From Nemertoderma westbladi (Eukaryota > Animalia > Xenacoelomorpha): a stretch of 64,000 bases of DNA. Every line of letters begins with the position of its first letter. Within the stretch, counting starts at the first letter, position 1. The translations under genes were made by a program, and so were the position numbers. The notes beneath the pieces are model-generated. The model saw only the letters and a list, made by a program, of their open reading frames with translations, did not search any database and was not told where the DNA came from. Positions 36,467 through 50,528 of the stretch are shown here, piece after piece. The stretch covers positions 55,372-119,371 of the forward strand of contig JAUCBJ010008261.1 in the NCBI GenBank assembly GCA_032718475.1, in the 5' to 3' direction.

Positions 36467-39400
36467 AATTCAATATTCAATATATTTTATTTTATCCTCA
36501 AACTAACAAGTAATACATATTAGATCAACATTCGCACTCCGGCACCATAGATAAGGATGATATTTCTTGGTGAATGAGAATATGATGATGGATGTTTTGT
36601 GACCAGGTGAGAGTAGCGGTGAATGGAAAATTGTTTAAGGAATGGATGGTATCAAAATAGCGAAGCTAGTAACCTGATACCAACCAGAGATGAGATTAAT
36701 TATATTTTTACATTGAAATATGGTACTTGATTGATGGTGAGGGGGGGGGGGGTGGATCAATAAGGTAAGTGGGTGGGGTGGGGGTGTAAAGGGGAAATGG
36801 AGGGCGGGGGGGGGGGGGGGGGGGGGGGGGTGCAATGCAAAATAAAATTGTAAATTAAACGAAAAGTGATGGTTCCATATATATGTTCAGTAGGCATGAT
36901 GGCCTATTTGCCGTGCGTGACATATCACCCACAAAGCAGCATTCAAGCGACGGAACTGGGTGTATAAAAGTTGCTATTTCTTAACATAAAGGCTTACTGC
37001 ATAGATACGAGAAAGTGATGTTTTAAGTGTTTGGAGAAAGACGTTTTCGACATTTTCTGTTTAATATAATTTGGGATGGTGTTCCATACGGTGGGGCCTA
37101 GAAAACTTATAGATCTCTGTGTAGATGAAAGACGGAAAAGTGGTGTGTAATAGTTACTGTAAGTAACAGAACGAGTGTTGTATTTATGTACAGTAGAGGT
37201 TTTCGTAAAGAGAGAGCCAATGGTTGACGACTTAGAGATAGTGTTATTGTTTATATCATACATAATAAGTGAAATCTGATGCTTAAATAGGAGATGTAAG
37301 GGGAGAATGCCAAGGGATTTGTATAGCGGGCTAGAGGAGGACCGAGAGTGACTAAAAGTAATACAACGTAGCAGTTTATTAATTTTTGTTCGTAGCGGTT
37401 TTAGAGTTGAAGTGTATGTACCACCCCACAAGACTATGCCGTAATGTAAATATGGGTGTACAAGGGTTAGTAAAGTTGACGTAGAATTCGGAGTGGAAAA
37501 ATGTTACGTAATTTATAAAATATTCCAGAAGTTTTCGATATTTTTTGGAGAATGTATTGTATGTGGGCTTTCCATGATAGTTTGCTGTCCACTAGCACTC
37601 CTAGAAATTTAGTAAAGTTAGTTTGGCGAATGGTTTGCGACGAGATGTGTAGGTTTTGTAAAGTGGAATTGGTGGTGTTAGAAAATATAGTGTACTCCGT
37701 TTTTGAGAGATTTAGTGATAGACAATTACAAGACAGCCATTCTGCGATTTTAGATAGTTCTTTGTTCGTGTTGCTGATGAGAGTATTAGAGTCAGAGTTA
37801 GAGTTCAATAGGGTTGTGTCATCAGCAAATAGCGTTGTTATTAGAGAGGTAGCGTTAGGAAGGTCATTTATGTACAAGAGAAACAATAGCGGTGATAGGA
37901 CCGAACCCTGCGGGACTCCACAGGTTAGTGGTTCTATAGATGATACGTAACTGCCAATACTAACAGTTTGGGAACGGTTAGATAAAAAACTAGATATTAG
38001 TTGGTTAGTTGGTTAGGTAAGCCACGAATCCCATATGCATTTAATTTATTTAATAGAATTTTATGGTTCAAGGTATCAAAAGCTTTTTGAAGATCTATAT
38101 ATACGGTGCAGGATGAGTTTTTATTGTCTAGTGCGGCGTGGATTTTTTCAGTAATTGAAAGAAGAGCATGAGTAGTTGAGGTTTTTGGTCGAAAGCCATA
38201 CTGGGATTTAGTTAATATGTCATATTTAGTTAGATAGGATTGAAGTTGAGTGTTTATAACTTGTTCATATAGTTTACTGATTAGGGGAAGCAAGGAGATA
38301 GGTCTATAATTATTAGGATCAGTGGAGTCACCTCGTTTGAACAGAGGGATGACTTTAGCCGATTTTAAGGAATCTGGAAAATAGCCTGTAGTGATAGATA
38401 GATTTATTAAGTAACTAATATGAACTGATAGAGGCCCCGCAGCGAGTATTAGGAGTTTGGCAGGAAAGGTATCGTTGGTGGAAGATTTGGGATTTAGCTG
38501 CGATATTAGGTAATGTACTTCAACAGGTGTTGTTTTAATTAATGCGAATGAGTTCGATCGATTGTTTGTTATGTACCTGAGTGGAGAGCAAGTAGAAGGA
38601 GTTATGTCGTCCGCTAGTTACGATCCGATAGTAGAGAAATACTTGTTTAGTAAGTTGGCAATACGGGCTGGCTCTGTAACTGTTTCAATGGAGTTGCCAG
38701 TGCGCGTGATTAATTTTTTTGGGTAAGTGAGTTTTTGCGTTCTGTTCAGTGCTGTGTTAATGATCAGCCAAGTCTTGCGGATGTTAGTGGCATTTGCATC
38801 AAATTGTTTTGAGTAATAGTTTTTTTCAGCGTTCCTTAAAGTTGTGGTTAATTTGTTTCTATATTTTTTAAATGTAGCATGATTTGCCTCAGTGGGGTTG
38901 TTTATATATATTCGATACAATTTGTTTTTTGTTATTGTGCATCTGACTAAATTTTGTGACATCCATGGTTTTAATGGAACTTTACGGGGAAATGCATTTA
39001 GTTGGGACGTGGAGAGTACAAATGTCTTCGAGTTCTTTGTAAAAACAGTCGTATTTATTTATCTGTGTTTCTAATTAGGTTCGATGAATATTTCCAGCTT
39101 GCATTTTTTATTTCATTAAAAAAAAATTTTTCATTAAATTTTGTGAAATCAAAAATTGATGTCTCAGTATTTTTGTTACAAAAATAATTATAATTTTGTA
39201 AAACTGTAAAAATTGGATAGTGGTCAGTTGTGCCAATTTTTAGTTCGAAAACACCTGAATTAGTAGCGGTAGTAGTAATGTTAGTAAGTATGTGGTCAAT
39301 GAGTGTTTTGCAGAAAGGAGTAACTCGTGTAGGTTTAGTAATTAGTTGTATAAATCCGTAAGAGTTGATTAAGTCAATGTAGTGTTTGGATTGGGTTGTA

Positions 39401-41498
39401 GATTTTAATAGATCAATATTTGTGTCACCAGTGATTATAACGTCGTATTTTTTATAAGTGAGTGAGGTCAAAATAGTATCTAGTTGAGTACTAAATATGT
39501 CGTAATGTATAGATTGAGTACGGTAGATAGTGCCTACGATTAGAGGTTTGGCACGAGGACGATCTATTTGGATCCATAAGTTTTCTAAGCCTTGAATTTT
39601 TAAATCTTCACGCTCAGATACTTCCAAGTTATCCCTTACGAAAATTGCTACTCCTCCCCTATGTAATTTACCTTGGGTCCGGTTGTCTGTGAAAGGACCA
39701 TTATAGCCACTAATTTTTAGTATGTCTAGTAAGTCGTTATCACTTAAAAAAGTTTCAGAAAATGTTATGACATCAAATTGAGAGTTTAAAGTAAGAAAAA
39801 AATCAATAGTAGCTGATCTATTGGTGGGGAGACTTCTACAATTTAGATGAAATACTGACAGTGGATTTGATTGTTTGATATCCATAAATTCTTCATTAAA
39901 TTTTTGTTCACTAAAATATCCATTGTCAATATTTAAGTTGGTGAGATTATTATCTGTGTTAATTTGGCTAAATGTTTGGCTGAACAGATTCAATGAAGAT
40001 GTGTCTGATTCCAATGCTTTCATCGTTGGAATCTAACTGAAATACATCATCGTCAGTAGAGTCAATATGGGAAAAGGGAAAAATGTTTGAATAGCACGTA
40101 ATACAAAATATACCGTAATCTTTAAACTGCAATTCAGTGGCCTCCCGCGCTGTCAGATGACTACCACACGATAAGTGAAATGTATTCGCACAAGTTATAC
40201 ATGAGAATGTCAAATCAGATGAACAGAATTTTGCATAGCAGAAATTACAGGATAGGGGAATGGGTTGCGGGATAGCATACATTCAAATTCGGCAGAATAT
40301 AGGAGTGTGGGGGGGGGGGGGGGGATTGATACTACAGAATAAATGTACGTGAAGTATGGGTGATGCCACATATGAAGTAAAATGAAAATCATGCATGATG
40401 TTAGTAAGAGATTATTACACCTTCTTTAATTAAAGAAAATTAACTGAATAACTGAAACTGATTGACAGAAAGGAATAATGTTGGGGAATACGTGAAAGAA
40501 ATATGAAAGGCTAACGTATAGGCCTAGCAAAGGATAAACGAGAATTTCTTAATAAGTACATTTTAATGTTGACTGGCAGTGTTAATTAATTGTAAGGTGT
40601 TTCTTTATGTCTTAGCCGACGTGATAGGGACCGCCATACTTGTAGCGGTTATCTTTGCCATGACATTACCGTTAAATGTGAAAGCTGTATGAATTTTTTT
40701 TCTTTTTTAAGTTTGACGATGTCCCGCAGTAGGCCCGCACGATATGTTGTTAGGTTCTCGGTAAGAAACACTGTTGGGTAAGCCACCGATAGCTTAGCTT
40801 TCGATTTCAGAACTTCAATACGTTTGCGTTGCGATAAGAACCTAATTATTACCGGACGAGGTTTACCTTGTTTCTTCTTTCCTAGACGATGCATGATATC
40901 GATGTCTTGGTCAGATACGTTAAGCGATTTAAGTACACCTTTAACCGTATACTCTTCGTCTTCTTTGATGCCATGCAACAGCAGATTGTATCTACGAATG
41001 TATTGTTCGAGATTGTCTAGTTCCAATCTTGGAGCCGATAGTTGAGCGAGATCGTCGACCCTTTGTTCGACGGACTCAGTGCGCTTTTCTAACAGAGACA
41101 TGTCGTCCGGGGTTGGTGTAGTTGCCGCCATTTTAGATTGTTCCTTCCGAAGAAGTTTAACTTCCTGTCTAAGCGCATCAACTTGGTCGGTTAGTGACTT
41201 AATAGCGTTCATAATGTCGCTACGTTCTTCCGAATCTTCACGCGTAATCGAGTTCGATTTCTTTGGAGGCATTGTATTGGATTTACTTTGCTACCTTTAG
41301 CTGTGGTTATTTAATTGGGAGCAATCGTGATATTACTCGAGTAATAAGTTTACCCCGTAGTTAGTTGGTTTAGTTAAATAAATTTAACAATAATCATCTG
41401 TCTGACAGTTGGCATAAAAACTGAAGACGGGCCTATCTCTTACTAGTAAAGTACGTGTTACAGCATTATTCTATTATCCAAATCGTAATCTATCTATC
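36467..41498 (-). mobile_element. Full-length Crack/L2-like LINE (ORF1, ORF2 PHD-APE-RT) with frameshifts
   Basis: ORF1 41272-40649; ORF2 pieces 40282-36994 with CNFC..CITC..FHLSC..CITC, HLNCRS, SETFL, DHYP, PQGSVLSP, LFADDT; tail (ttgaata)n; TSD ctgctc at 36461-36466 and 41499-41504; empty site at 59686. Confidence 0.9.
40649..41272 (-). CDS. LINE ORF1 (coiled coil + RRM-like, L1/Crack type)
   Basis: ATG-initiated 207 aa; LEQYIRRYNLLLHGIKE, IDIMHRLGKK..PRPVIIRF, VFLTENLT. Confidence 0.8.
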   Translation of the reverse strand: MPPKKSNSITREDSEERSDIMNAIKSLTDQVDALRQEVKLLRKEQSKMAATTPTPDDMSLLEKRTESVEQRVDDLAQLSAPRLELDNLEQYIRRYNLLLHGIKEDEEYTVKGVLKSLNVSDQDIDIMHRLGKKKQGKPRPVIIRFLSQRKRIEVLKSKAKLSVAYPTVFLTENLTTYRAGLLRDIVKLKKEKKFIQLSHLTVMSWQR

Positions 41499-43702
41499 CT
41501 GCTCTATCTAAATCTAAGAAATTAAACATTCCACGTCAGTTAACAGTTCGATCAGATAACGCAATAGAAACTATCACCGATCCTTCCAGAATAGCAACTA
41601 TTCTAAATAATCATTTTGCTACGATAGGACCACTACTTAATAAAAAAATCCCTTCATCAAACCGCTCCCCACTGCGCCATATCCAACACTCTAACAGACA
41701 TTCTAACTCTTTTTCATTAGTAGAAACTTCACCTGTAGAAGTGCAATACTACCTTCTTCATCTCAATCCTAAATCCGCTTCTAATGATACTCTTCCAACT
41801 AAACTTATAATGTTAGCAGATCAACCTATTTCTATCCATCTCAATTACTTAATAAACCTCTCCATCTCTCTCGGCTTTTTTCCAGACTCACTTAAAATTG
41901 CGAAAATTATCCCATCTTTCAAATCTGAAGACCCATCCGATCCAATCAATTATAGACCCATATCCCTTTTGCCTGTCCTTAGTAAAATAATAGAACAAAT
42001 AATCAATTCACAGTTACTTTCATATCTCAATAAATTCTCAATTATCTCATTCTCCCAATATGGATTCCGTCATAAAATCTCAACTTCTCATGCACAAACT
42101 TTCAGTAGTTGAAAAAATCCATCAGGCCTTAGATGATAAGAACTCAACATGCGCCATTTACATAGACCTGAAAAAAGCATTTGACACCATCAATCACGAG
42201 ATTCTTCTCAAAGAACTGAAAAGTAATGAAAAGTAAAGAAAAGCAAAGAATGTTATTGTTACGTTATCCGCGGCATCCCCTTACAATTAATAACTAGTTT
42301 TTTATCATCTATTCCAATTTGTTTCTATCTCTAATCATCATTCATCCCTTCTACCTCTAACCTGTGGTATGCCGCAAGGCGGGGTTCTGTCACCATTACT
42401 ATTCCTTCTATATATTAATGACCTACCTAAATGTACTGACCTACTAACTACTCTCTTTGCCGACGATACGACTCTCTTTCAGTCAGCAAACAATATAACG
42501 AACCTAATTACTGATACTAATATATAATTTAACAAGCTAAGCTGTCTGATTGTTTGATCGATAATCGCCTCTCTCTAAATCTCTACAAAACTGAATATAC
42601 TATCTTTACGATCTACTGGCAAAATTTAGACAATTTACCTCCAATAAAAATAAATTCCAATAATGTAAAAAATCCCAATGTACAAAATTCTTAGGCATCT
42701 ATGAAGACAATAAACTCTCATGGAAACCTCACATAAAATATATTACTAAGATAATCTCTAGGACTTCAGGCATTTTTTATAGATTGCGCCATATTTTTTT
42801 TTCCTCTGAATATTCTACGTCAGCTGTACTTTACTTTGATACACCCCTATCTATCCTATGGACTAATTCTGTGTGGGAGTACATACTCTACTATAATAAA
42901 ACCGCAAAAGCGTACTAAAGTAAATAAATTAATCAGATGCATAACATTTTCTCAATATCAAGCCTCTTCAAATCCCATTTACAAAACACTTCACATTCTA
43001 CCTCTTAATCTACTATATAAACATCAACTTGCGCTCTTCATGTATGACATAAATAACTCTCTATCCAGTATTACTGATATAGGAATTTTTTTTAGAAAAA
43101 CTGAATCAATACAGAAGTACCCTCCCTACACGCTCTTCCTCTCGCGGTGATTATTACATACAAACTGCCCGACTCACGTCTACCCAACAATCCGTAAGCT
43201 TCCAAGGCCCCCTGATCTGGAATGTCATCCCACCCTACATCAGGGAAAATAAATCCAAAGTTTCATTTTACCGAACATACAAAAAATTACTGTTCTCTAA
43301 AATATAATAGGTCTCCACTAATTCCATTTATTTAATCTCAAAAAGTCCTTTACTATATCCTTCCCCCACTCTATATTATTATATTCAAATTTATAAAATA
43401 AATCCAAAATATTTTACTTCATGTCTGTTTCGCTAAATTCTAACAGACTAGACGAAATTCACAGGAAAAATTTTAAATTCTAAAATACTGTTATCTAAAG
43501 CATTTGTAAATTAGAAATAAAAAATTAAAATTATTTATTGTGTGCGATTTAATTTTATTTGATAGATATGAAAGAAATTATTATACTTGATCCTGATACT
43601 CATAATTTTATTTGTATGGGCTCTCGGTGAATTTGATTATTGGTTGGTTACCAGATATAATTATTCAATATTCAATAGTGTATGCTAATATAACTAACTT
43701 AC

Positions 43703-43825
43703 CAGTGCACCATTCACCATCACCAGAATAGCCATTATTGCATTCACATGTGAATGAACCATAAGTATTAGTGCAGCTGGCATCAGAGTCGCAGTTATCA
43801 GTATTGGTATCACATTCATCAATAT
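43703..43825 (-). CDS. Host gene exon (3rd): cbEGF module (D)[40 protein letters not shown]
   Basis: 123 nt, ctgcag/gtaagt, phase 1-1. Confidence 0.93.
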
Positions 43826-44481
43826 CTGCAGCATAACATAGATTTTTTAAATTAATTGAAGTTTAAGAGGAAAAAAGACCACCACATAAAATTAAAGAAC
43901 ATCATAATATGAAAGAGACAGGATGGGTGGGATACCCAGTAGGGTGGGTCATAAAATGTAAAAGTTATGCAATTGCTCCACAAGTTGTACCAGGGAGGAG
44001 GCTTGGTGTGAGATGAAAAAATACCAAAAATTGAATAAATTGAATCACCCCTTGGGGGTCCTCCAACTGGTCACATATTGGGGCTAGCGGGCGGTTCCTT
44101 ATAACGGGTAAGTGGTAGATAATCGACTAATTTAAAGAAATAATATGTTAATCTGCTTAGATTTCGTTTTCTTGTCTACTAAAACTATATCCCTGCCTTC
44201 ATCAACATCACTTTTGAGGGACCCAAAGTATCACAATTTGGTAAATAATCAAACAGCCTGAAAAAAACAATAAACTTAATATTTTCGATAACATTCATGA
44301 ATTACCACTATTTCTTTCCACCTCTAACACTTTATGCTGTTAGTTCGAGTATTCAGTCAAATTTCTGCATATTGTGTTGTGTATGGAAATTATGCAACAA
44401 TCCAATTTATAAAAATGTATCCTTTCTTTCAGTGAATGAATACGACAGTACCAGTATCACTGAATTATCGGGGCTCTTTAG

Positions 44482-45800
44482 TTATTTGTGGGGCGAGCCA
44501 CGAAGTTGGCGGAGCCTTAGCGAATTGACACTGTTAGGGGGTGGGTCAATTTATGCAAATAGTTGTCGTCGTCGTTGTCGTCATCGTCGTCGTCGTCGTC
44601 GTTGTCGTCGTCGTCGTCGTCGTCGTTACGATTTTGACATGCTAATAACTTTGTCGGATTTAAAGCTGCCAAGTTGAAAATTTGTAGGTATCAATATGAG
44701 CAAAAGTTGAGATTTTTGAGAGACTTTCAGACACCATCAGTGCAATGGTCTCCCGCTAGAGGGCCACATGTCTAAACATTAAATGCCCTCCCATTTCTTT
44801 GCTTTTAATCCGTTTAAGCTGAAACTTGGCAGATATGTATTAGACCATTAGCTGTGATTTTCAAAGGAGCGAATCCATCTGCAGTTCTCCAGTCTGCCGC
44901 TAGAGGGCCAAAGGTCTGAAAGTGAAATCGTTGTCGTCGTTACGATTTTGACATGCTAATAACTTTGTCGGATTTAAAGCTGCCAAGTTGAAAATTTGTA
45001 GGTATCAATATGAGCTAAAGTTGAGATTTTTGAGAGACTTTCAGACACCATCAGTGCAATGGTCTCCCGCTAGAGGGCCACATGTCTAAACATTAAATGC
45101 CCTCCCATTTCTTTGCTTTTAATCCGTTTAAGCTGAAACTTGGCAGATATGTATTAGACCATTAGCTGTGACTTTCAAAGGAGGCGAATCCATCTGCAGT
45201 TCTCCAGTCTGCCGTTAGAGGGCCAAATGTCTGAAAGTGAAATCGTTGTCGTCGTTATGATATTGACATGCTTATAACTTTGTCGAATTTAAAGCTGCCA
45301 AGTTGAAAATTTGTTTTGTTGAAAATCAGTTCAACAGTCACCCGCTATAGGACTACTTTATGCCTGAAAGTGAATAGATTCTCCCGTCTCATTGATTTTA
45401 ATCAGTTTAAGCTGAATCTTGCCATATATTCTGGACCACATGCTGCGTCTTTGTGGGGGGGGGGGGGGGGGGGGAGATTTAATCGGTCTGCCGCTATACG
45501 ACGAAATTTCTGAAAGTGAGATCCGTCTCTCATTTCGTTATCCGTTATTCAAGATGAAACTTGGCCGATGTACGTATGTACTATTCATCCATAGGCTGTG
45601 TCTTTGTGGGGCTGGAGACCCTAATCCATCTTCAGTTCTCACTATACCGCTAGAGTCAGAAATGTCTGAATAGAAATGAAAGAGGTAAAAAGTGATTAGG
45701 CGAAATCTGCTTAAAATTTGCTAATACAGTAATACTTTCGAATTAGTACTTAAATTAAATTTAAGTCACGTGCTGCGCGAAGGCCCCACTTCGTGTAAAA
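44482..45800 (+). mobile_element. Helentron-associated non-autonomous element (HINE/DINE-like) nested in the hAT
   Basis: 5' ttatttgtggggcgagccacgaagt, (GTC)n microsatellite at 44563-44625, ~315-bp tandem units (44626, 44940, 45255), 3' gcgaaggccccacttcgtg complementary to the 5' motifs. Confidence 0.6.
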
Positions 45801-47944
45801 CTATACAATGTAATCGATCTTGGAGTCAAATTTGGGTCTTTGGTCCCGGGCATCAATTCGTGACTTTATCAGTTGATCTCTCTTAACCTTACCAACGACT
45901 TGTTGAGAAGCCTCTGTGACAACCCGTACCATACGCTCAACTAACTGCTGATGACAGGGATATCCAATTGGTAATGGGACGAGTTCAGGTTGATTGGTAA
46001 GTTGTGTGAGGATCTCATTCGATATATTTGAAAGTATTGGCGGCTCAGTCACAGTCAGATTTGGATCCCACCACTTCACAAGACTAGTGTAGTCGTCTGC
46101 TTCAAGGTTAAGTTCTGGTGTAACAAAGCAACGAACAGAATCGAGCTTGTGTTTCTCCCGAGCCTTTAGAATGCGTCGCACAGCTAATTCACGAATAACA
46201 GGACTGGGGTCGTATACCATAGCAAGTAATATATTCTCGGGGTGAGCAAAAAAGCAGTTCCGCTTTAATACTTTATCCACAGTTTCTTTCTGAACTCCAG
46301 TAAGATATCAGCTCCACTTCACAAGGGAGAAGAAATTGCTTGGCCCTTGCTGAAGGTGATGCTCCCGTTTTATCAGAAACCACATGGGAGAATACACCAA
46401 TTAGATGAATGTTGTTAGATCCACTAGTTCTCTCGATGGGTTGTCAACGCTCACATATAGTCGGCAAATACGATTAGCAGTGGTAACCCATCGTGAATGC
46501 GCCATTCTACCAGGCTCTAAGATGGAGGTGTCACCACTGCACTGTCCTGTAGAGATTGCTAAGGTTATATGATACAGATACTTCTGATCTGCACTGAGCG
46601 AATTTATTACATTCTCATCTAGAACCAGAAAGTTGGGAGAAGGAATGGGAGTATATGAAACAACTGGTTTATCAATCAGGGAACCTTTTATTTGAGTGCC
46701 AATTGGTCCTTTGAAAGCGCTTGGACCTTCCGTTGGACCATCTAACTGACTAAAGATATGGCGGAGTGGCAACTCATTAATATGCAAAAGACATACCATC
46801 CATTGCACTGGTGACATCTTCTCTTCTTCAATCAGTCGAATTATGCCTCCAACTCGACCCGTATTTACATTTGTTCCGTCACACCCGATGACAAGTATAC
46901 CACTTATATCCAAATTATTCGCCTCAAAGAAATCAAAGAAGGATCCTGCAATGTCAACAGCTTTTCCCGACTTTGGACAAACATGTCCTAAATACTTACC
47001 AACAGGTTCTTCCACCAGAACATAGTGTTCCTCAACACGAAGCTTGACAAAATTTTGTGATTGCTCATGTTTAACTAGTGTACTATTTTTTCTACCATCG
47101 AAATAAATCCCATGAATTGGACTATATGATCGATCCAGGTTACCAAGATTCTCTCGCCTTTTCTCCGTAATATGGCTAATCTTGTTTTTATCAACAATCT
47201 CACTGGAACTATAATCCAATGTAGCATCCTGGAGAGTGGCAGTTACTACTGCTGCTACAGCACGATTTGATAATCCATATCTATCGGCTTCACGGGCTAC
47301 CAGGGGGAACTTGCTATCTGGGTACCGGTACCAGTAATTTGGCTTCCACTTGATATCCCAGAAGTTCCAGGTTGGGGGTTTGATAGTCCATCATCGACTG
47401 CCATTGTATCAGTAAGGATTTCACTAACACGCTTCGCTTCTTTTTCCTCCCTCTCAATAAATTGCTGCTGCCGATCCACACACTTCTGAATTGCTAAGGA
47501 TTCTTTCCGGTCAATACCACCGATGAACATTCGTCTCATTCCACGTTGATCTTCAAGAAATGGCCGTTCAATTTCTGGAATCAGTTCGCCAGAAACATCG
47601 AACATACATATTAAACGGCTATTACATTCTTCTACCCGATCAATGAAATATGGCTTTGATCTACGCTGATGAGGAACCTTATCAATATCACGGATCTTAT
47701 CACTGTCATTTAATATTTTCCAAATAATTCCTTCCTTTGTTATTGTAGGGATTGATGATTTAGTATAAAGAGCTATAATATCCTGAGCTACAGCTTCTGC
47801 AAGCTCACGCCGTGACGGGTGACTTTCACTTTTTTTTAGCCGAACATATTCAAAATGCCGTAATTCATCACCAAGAGTTGGTAGCTGATTACAAGGCAGT
47901 TCAGTTGGATGACCACATAAACTAGCTTTAGATCGCAATGCCAT
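45801..47944 (-). pseudogene. hATm transposase, disrupted
   Basis: QLPTLGD, YFDGRK, EEHY..EP..YLGH, GCDGTNVNTG, CLLHINELPLRH, HSRWVTTANR, PCHQQLVERMV; frame break at ~47297, stops at ~46402 and ~46307. Confidence 0.88.
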
Positions 47945-48679
47945 TCTAATTTTTTCAACTTTAATATAATACCGGTAATTAATTGTGATTATTTTCCTTA
48001 CAACTGTTAAGTAGCTTTAAGTAGCAGCGGATTTATCCACGATTGTAACCGTTTGATACATGTAATAGCAATAGGCCTACCGGTATTTGAAATGATGAAT
48101 ATAGCTTTGTACGTCACATCACCAAAAAGTCAAGATGCTGAAAGTAAGACTAAATCATTTTTGAATTTCCCACCCAGATAAGCTCTTCACTCAGTACAAA
48201 TTGTCGTCCAATAAAATGTCGTCCAGGCAACTGGGGATGTTGGAAACGTTACTAATCGTGTTTGTGGTCAAGAAACCAAATTCTGAGCACATAAACATAA
48301 TATTCTTTAAAATTAGTCGATAATTTATTTAATGAAAAAACCGCTCGCTAGCCACAATATGTGACCTGTTGGAGGACCCCCAAGGGGTGCTTCATTTTAT
48401 TCAATTTTTGGTATTTTTCCATCTCACTCCAAGCCTCCTCACTGGTACAACTTGTGGAGCAATTGCATAACTTTTCCATTTTATGACCCACCCTAATACC
48501 CAGCAAGCAGATAATAGTAAGCTATGGCAGTGAAAAAAATCCTTGTGAATCGAATTTTTTATAATAATCATCCACAGGAAATTGTATTCTCTCTCAGGAA
48601 ATGGCGATTCATATCTTCAGATTACAATGTGAATTCTGTCTTCTTATTTACGCATGATTCTGATTATTAGATTACAAGG

Positions 48680-48790
48680 TCATAACAGATCTACTTTTCT
48701 GACAACCAGAGGAAAACAAGGTAGGCGTTCCCATGGACGACTGGTTATGACATTTATAGACCAACTTGAAAGGCATACTGACTGCACTAA
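48680..48790 (+). pseudogene. Short RTE 3'-end remnant (also at 63360-63470)
   Basis: GRRSHGRLVMTFIDQLERHT resembles ITYIDQLERDT of the 13599 RTE. Confidence 0.55.
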
Positions 48791-49679
48791 ATTTGTAGTA
48801 TTTTATTTCTGAAATGACTGTCTACTTAGTAAAGAGTAGGAGGTACCGTTGGAAACATTAGAAACCGTGAGAAACTTAACAGACTCATTTATCTTGGCAA
48901 TCTGGGTACTTATCAGGAATGGGTGTGATTGCAGAGTGTTGCTACGAAGTGTCAGCTATCCATCCGGTTAATACCGAATATAAAATTATATACACAGCGA
49001 GTGAGGGATGCAAGGATAAGCTCATGAAACTATATATGACACAGTCAGCAGTGAGCGCTCACTGGAAATAATAGAATGAATACGAGTCGCGATATACTTT
49101 GGAGTATGCGTCATAGTCATTCTCTTTAAAATTCCAGTCATATTGATTGGAAGATGCATGATCAACTCTGTTGTGGGTATCATCATTATTGTTTCGGTAC
49201 ATAAGCCGGAAGAAACCACGGGATTGAGCCCAAAGCAGGACTATCTGTGTGTTGACGAATGGATAGGTATGTTTGAACTATTGTGAAGTCATGCAGCATC
49301 AATACCCATAGCAGGGTTGCAGTTGATGCTCTTGATATAAGCTTCCGACCTTTACAAACTGCTGTGCTCTGGTGTCTCGCTTGGCATTGGAATGCTGTTA
49401 ATGGGGGGAAAGTGCAATTAGTATCTCCAAGGCTTCCAGGACGTTTTAGCCAATCAACATCTGTACTCTTGGATGATCTGGGATAAATTGGGGACTTTGT
49501 ATTTATGGGTGAAAACGTCATCATTCCAGTAATAATCAATCCTTAACCCTATTAGTACCGGGCTATAAAATGTTGTACAAACACCGGGGAGGGGGGTGTC
49601 ATATTGACCCCACCCCCTCTAAAATAAAAAAAAGAAAGACCCCACCCCTGCAAAATACATTGGAAAATATTTAAAAATG

Positions 49680-49828
49680 GGAAGCAGGACAATTCGGTCC
49701 CGGACAATTCGGTCCGGACAATTCGGTCCCGGACAATTCGGTCCCGGACAATTCGGTCCCATTAATTTTGTGTTTTGGGACCGAATTGTCCGGGACCGAA
49801 TTGTCCGGGACCGAATTGTCCTACATCC
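49680..49828. mobile_element. 149-bp foldback MITE with 15-bp subterminal repeats and 9-bp TSD (MULE/FB-like)
   Basis: (ggacaattcggtccc)x5 facing (gggaccgaattgtcc)x3; TSD ttaaaaatg at 49671-49679 and 49829-49837; empty site in the other piggyBac copy (~59018). Confidence 0.85.
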
Positions 49829-50528
49829 TTAAAAATGATATGATTACTATAAATGGCTGTTTAGTCCTCTCTGCATAGGAAAAAAAAAACGAAAAAAACA
49901 AGTAACCAGCACTTTTCAGTTAGAACACAAAATTTTTAATTCACTTATACGATGCTACAAATTCACTTTTTCAGGCTTTCTAGGGCGCTGATTCTAATGG
50001 AATACATTTCTAATATGCCAGATCATTGCTACTTGTATTTTCCGGCGTAATTTGGCAAATTTTGGTGCTAGCACCAAATTTCGTACCCATCACGAAAAAG
50101 TACAAGTTTGCGATGTCCAGTGCTGTTTTTATTGATTCCATCGGATTCAGGACCCTCATAAACCCGTATAACGCAAGAAACAAGGTGATACTATCTACTG
50201 ATCAATTTACTTATTTTCAAAAATTTGGTGCTGGCACAACTATTTTCACTCACCGGCGAAAAATACAAGTTTGATAACTCTTATGAAATTTTTACTGATT
50301 CCATTGAATTCAGAACCCTCACAAACCCGTAGAACGCAAGAAACAAGGTGACACAATCAATTGATATATTTGATGGTTTTCAAAATTTGGTAGTAGTAGT
50401 AGTATCGGCATGCCCTTAAAATGAAATTTTTACTGATTCCATTGAATTCAGAACCCTCACAAACCCGTAGAACGCAAGAAACAAGGTGACACAATCAATT
50501 GATATATTTGATGGTTTTCAAAATTTGG

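Larger units (their letters stand above)
35700..43680 (+). pseudogene. Degenerate Crack/L2-like LINE ORF2 (35700-36466 + 41499-43680), split by a younger LINE
   Basis: ITGDTNVDLL, LIDHIFTN, NYRPISLLP, IDLKKAFDT, PQGGVLSPLLFLLYIND, LFADDT; paralog at 57330-62930 lacks the split. Confidence 0.85.
43940..48495 (-). mobile_element. hAT (hATm-type) DNA transposon
   Basis: Long TIRs (>150 bp) beginning TAGGGTGGGTCATAAAATG; 8-bp TSD atacccag at 43932-43939 and 48496-48503; empty paralogous site at ~63179. Confidence 0.93.
34931..49316. repeat. Segmental duplication unit 1 (two EGF exons), paralogous to 56567-64000
   Basis: Colinear high identity once copy-specific insertions are removed; the shared RTE upstream (32995-34015 vs 53885-55316) suggests the unit extends further left. 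Confidence 0.9.

Noticed and set aside
44297-44677. Arginine-rich protamine-like ORF
   Set aside because: Translation of a (GTC)n microsatellite within a non-autonomous element
49687-49821. CRISPR-like short repeat array
   Set aside because: Repeats are contiguous without spacers, invert in the middle and are bounded by a 9-bp TSD; this is a MITE in eukaryotic DNA with no cas genes
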